A DNA stretch of 64,000 bases, taken from NCBI GenBank assembly GCA_963704165.1, contig CAVPHD010000005.1, forward strand, positions 96,001 through 160,000, read 5' to 3'. Both the position numbers and the translations under genes were made by a program. Below the pieces are notes generated by a model. That model searched no databases, was not told the origin of the DNA, and was given only the letters and a program-made list of their open reading frames with translations. Below are positions 61,474-64,000 of the stretch, piece by piece. The DNA is from an uncultured delta proteobacterium (GTDB lineage Bacteria; Myxococcota_A; UBA9160; SZUA-336). Within the stretch, counting starts at the first letter, position 1, and the number at the start of each line of letters is the position of its first letter.

Positions 61474-63906
61474 CTATCGGGTCGACTTCAGATGGACGTC
61501 GCGCTGGGGGAACGGGATCTCGATTCCCGCTTCGCGCAGCGCGGTGTTCACGCCGACGGCGATCTCGCTTCGCACGCGCGGGAAGATCTCGAAGCGGGTC
61601 CAGAAGCGAAGTGAGAAGTCGAGCGAGCTGTCGCCGAATCCCGTGAAGAGCGCGATCGGCTCGGGAATGTCGAGCACCTCCAGATGGGCGCGCCCCACCG
61701 CGACGAGCAGTTCGATCACTTGCTCGGGATCCGTGCCGTAGGCCACACCGACGGCCAGATCCACGCGCCGCTGGCGATCGGAAAAGGTCCAGTTCACCAC
61801 TCGTTCGGAGATCAGATTGGCGTTGGGCACGATCACGTCCGCACCGTCGATCGTTCGGACGGTGCTCGAGCGAATGCCGATTCGCTTCACGTCGCCGATC
61901 AGGTCCCCGATCTCGATCGTGTCACCGGTCTGAACCGGGCGCTCGAAGAGCAGGATCAGCCCCGACACGAAGTTGTTGACGACATTCTGCAGGCCGAACC
62001 CGATGCCCACGCCGAATGCGCCCGCGAGCAGGCCGAAGCGCGACAGGTCGATTCCGGCGGCGCCGATCGCCAGCGTGAATCCGATCAGCAGAATCACGTA
62101 GTGCACGCCGGTCGAGATCGCGGCCGGAACCCCGCGCGGGAGCGCGATGTGCGGGAGCACGTCCTCGTCGAGCACGAAGCGCAGGAACTTCGACAGCATG
62201 AAGGCCAGCCAGACCGTGACGAAGAACGCCAGCACGTCGCCGATCGAGACCGAGAGCGTTCCGATCTCGAGTTTCGCGAGGACGACACCTGCGAGCGCCG
62301 AGAGGATCTCGTCGTCGATGTCGAAGAACCGCAACGTGGCGAGGACCCACCCGAGAACCGCGGCCCAGTACACGAAGGCCACGATCCGCCGACGAACCAG
62401 TCCCCCGTGATCGCGCACCAGGCGCAGGCGCCGCAGCAGGGTGCTGCGCAGGACCGCCGTCACCGCGCCGCCGAGGATGCGCGCGAGTGCGTAGGCGGCG
62501 ACCGCCACATAGCTCGCGGAGAGCGTGCCGCGCACGAGCAGTCGGGAGGCCGAGATCATCCCCGCGGCGTTTGCGAGCATCGCGCCGACGAGCAGGGCGA
62601 GCGCGATCCGGCACGCCGGTAGGATCATCGGTCCAAAGCGGCCGACGTCCCCGAAGTGGCGTGTGTTGTCCGGGCGCAGCATCCACGCGAAGAGAGCCAC
62701 CCCGCCCAGCGTCTCGAGCAACAGCCGATACCGCTGCAAGATGGGCACGCCCTCGTCGAGCGACGGCAGACTGCCGAGCACGAAGAGCAGCGCGAGGCCG
62801 AAGACGCCGATGCGAAGGCCCCCGTAGAGCTCTCGCGGCAACAAGCGCAGGATCGGCACGAGAAGGACCAGCGCCTCTACGTCCGTGGCTACGGCCGGTG
62901 GCTTCGCCGCCGCGAACTGCGTGCCGAGCGTCGAGACGACGATCGCCGACGAGAACGGCCGGGTGAAGATGCGAGCGGCCGCCGTCAGCGTCGAGTCCTC
63001 GGCAGCCCAGAGCAGGACGCGTGACCGCGCGAGCAACAGGGCGATCAGGACGAGCCCGAAGACCCCGGCCTGCCAGACGTAGCGCGAGTATTCCAACGCC
63101 GCGTAGTCGGTGAACTCGCCGAGCCGATCACCAACGGAGGCGCGCAGTCGCTCGGCCACCGGTGGCGTGTCCGCCGATCTCACGTAGGCGTCTCCGCTCC
63201 ACAGGGGCGGCTGGTCGCGCGTGAACAGTCGCGACTGGAGCTGCTTCTGCCGGTCGGCGACCCGATCGAGCACTCCACTCACGACGAGCTCTTCCTGGGA
63301 AACCTCGTTCTGCAGCGCGAGAACGTCCAACCTTCGGCGTTGCAGCAGCTTCCGGGCGGCTTTGATCGCCTGCAGCGTCTCGGCGACCCGCTCCTTGGCG
63401 GACCCGGGAAGTCCCGCCGCGCCAGCCGAGCTCCGCGTGATCTCCCAGATCTCTCGCGAGAGGTCGAGCTTCTCGATCTCGGTCTCGATCGCGATCGCAC
63501 GTCGGGTCAAGGCCTGGCGCCACACTCCGAGTCGTTCCGAGCGGGCGCCCCACGCGCTCGAGAGATCCGAGAGCGTCTCGCGCGAGGCCACGCCGCCGAG
63601 TACGTCGTTGGCTCGCTCCTGCCGTTCGAGAAGCCTGGCCGCGAACTCGGGCAGCTTCGTGCCGATCTCGATCTCCGTCGCGTCCGGTGCCGCGACCAAC
63701 TCGATCTGCTTCAAGCCGGTCCGCAGCTTCTCCGAACGCTCGAAGATCTCGGGCGCGGGTACGGGTGCCGGGGGTTGGGGAGCTGCGGGCGTGTCCGGCA
63801 CGGTCGGCGCTTCCACGGCTGCGGGCGCTTCCTGCGCGAGAGCCCGTCCGGCCGTCAGCACGAACGCGGTGACGAGCAAGGCCGTTCGAAGCCGGGTCAG
63901 GTGCAT
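61474..63906 (-). CDS. Large MscS-family mechanosensitive channel (MscK-like)
   Basis: Signal peptide, coiled coil, multiple TMs, GVGIGFGLQNVVNNFVSGLILLFERP, IVPN, GVAYG, IPFPQRDVH. Confidence 0.93.
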   Translation of the reverse strand: MHLTRLRTALLVTAFVLTAGRALAQEAPAAVEAPTVPDTPAAPQPPAPVPAPEIFERSEKLRTGLKQIELVAAPDATEIEIGTKLPEFAARLLERQERANDVLGGVASRETLSDLSSAWGARSERLGVWRQALTRRAIAIETEIEKLDLSREIWEITRSSAGAAGLPGSAKERVAETLQAIKAARKLLQRRRLDVLALQNEVSQEELVVSGVLDRVADRQKQLQSRLFTRDQPPLWSGDAYVRSADTPPVAERLRASVGDRLGEFTDYAALEYSRYVWQAGVFGLVLIALLLARSRVLLWAAEDSTLTAAARIFTRPFSSAIVVSTLGTQFAAAKPPAVATDVEALVLLVPILRLLPRELYGGLRIGVFGLALLFVLGSLPSLDEGVPILQRYRLLLETLGGVALFAWMLRPDNTRHFGDVGRFGPMILPACRIALALLVGAMLANAAGMISASRLLVRGTLSASYVAVAAYALARILGGAVTAVLRSTLLRRLRLVRDHGGLVRRRIVAFVYWAAVLGWVLATLRFFDIDDEILSALAGVVLAKLEIGTLSVSIGDVLAFFVTVWLAFMLSKFLRFVLDEDVLPHIALPRGVPAAISTGVHYVILLIGFTLAIGAAGIDLSRFGLLAGAFGVGIGFGLQNVVNNFVSGLILLFERPVQTGDTIEIGDLIGDVKRIGIRSSTVRTIDGADVIVPNANLISERVVNWTFSDRQRRVDLAVGVAYGTDPEQVIELLVAVGRAHLEVLDIPEPIALFTGFGDSSLDFSLRFWTRFEIFPRVRSEIAVGVNTALREAGIEIPFPQRDVHLKSTR

Positions 63907-63916
63907 CGGAGCCAGT

Positions 63917-64000
63917 CTAGCGCGCGAAGTCGCGGGGCTCGCGCAGCCGGATCGCCACGAGCGCCGCGGCCGCGAGCTTGAAGGCGATCGCGCTGAAGAA
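63917..64000 (-). CDS. C-terminal fragment of a membrane protein (possibly MFS), truncated by the window edge
   Basis: Frame reads FFSAIAFKLAAAALVAIRLREPRDFAR* and ends 10 nt before the mscS start. Confidence 0.5.
   Translation of the reverse strand, partial: FFSAIAFKLAAAALVAIRLREPRDFAR

Overview
High-GC chromosomal segment from a diderm bacterium. lolA, bamD, mltG, a TpsB/TpsA pair, a TIGR02266-type PilZ protein and the recA-pilT-alaS order point to a Myxococcota/Deltaproteobacteria-like host (inference). Most genes are housekeeping: radC, ssb, ftsK-lolA, mreB, mltG-ruvX, pgpA-cinA-thpR-recA-pilT-alaS, ispE-tRNA-Gln-prs-rplY-pth-rpsF-rpsR-rplI-dnaB, ldcA-serine hydrolase-mpl, efp, thiD, mrp, mscS. 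Four accessory features stand out. (1) A complete actinobacterial-type Pup-proteasome operon (arc/mpa-dop-pup[GGE]-prcB-prcA-pafA, 6533-13024), preceded by a near-consensus sigma-54 promoter and followed by a small membrane-anchored coiled-coil gene and a lone mreB instead of pafBC. (2) A four-gene operon (60681-55743, minus strand) of exported M14 peptidase, dead-transglutaminase/7TM protein, ATP-grasp ligase and exported HEXXH metallopeptidase. (3) A two-partner secretion pair whose 2335-aa passenger has an internal ~115-aa repeat and a helical C-terminal domain I cannot assign. (4) A surface protein with 16 tandem 105-bp Cys/Asp-rich repeats and a C-terminal sorting signal. Scattered small frameshifts in otherwise intact genes (cinA, serine hydrolase, mpl, LLM oxidoreductase, repeat protein) probably reflect sequencing/assembly indels. 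No CRISPR array, rRNA, integrase or transposase was seen. All family calls come from motif recognition; no database search was run.
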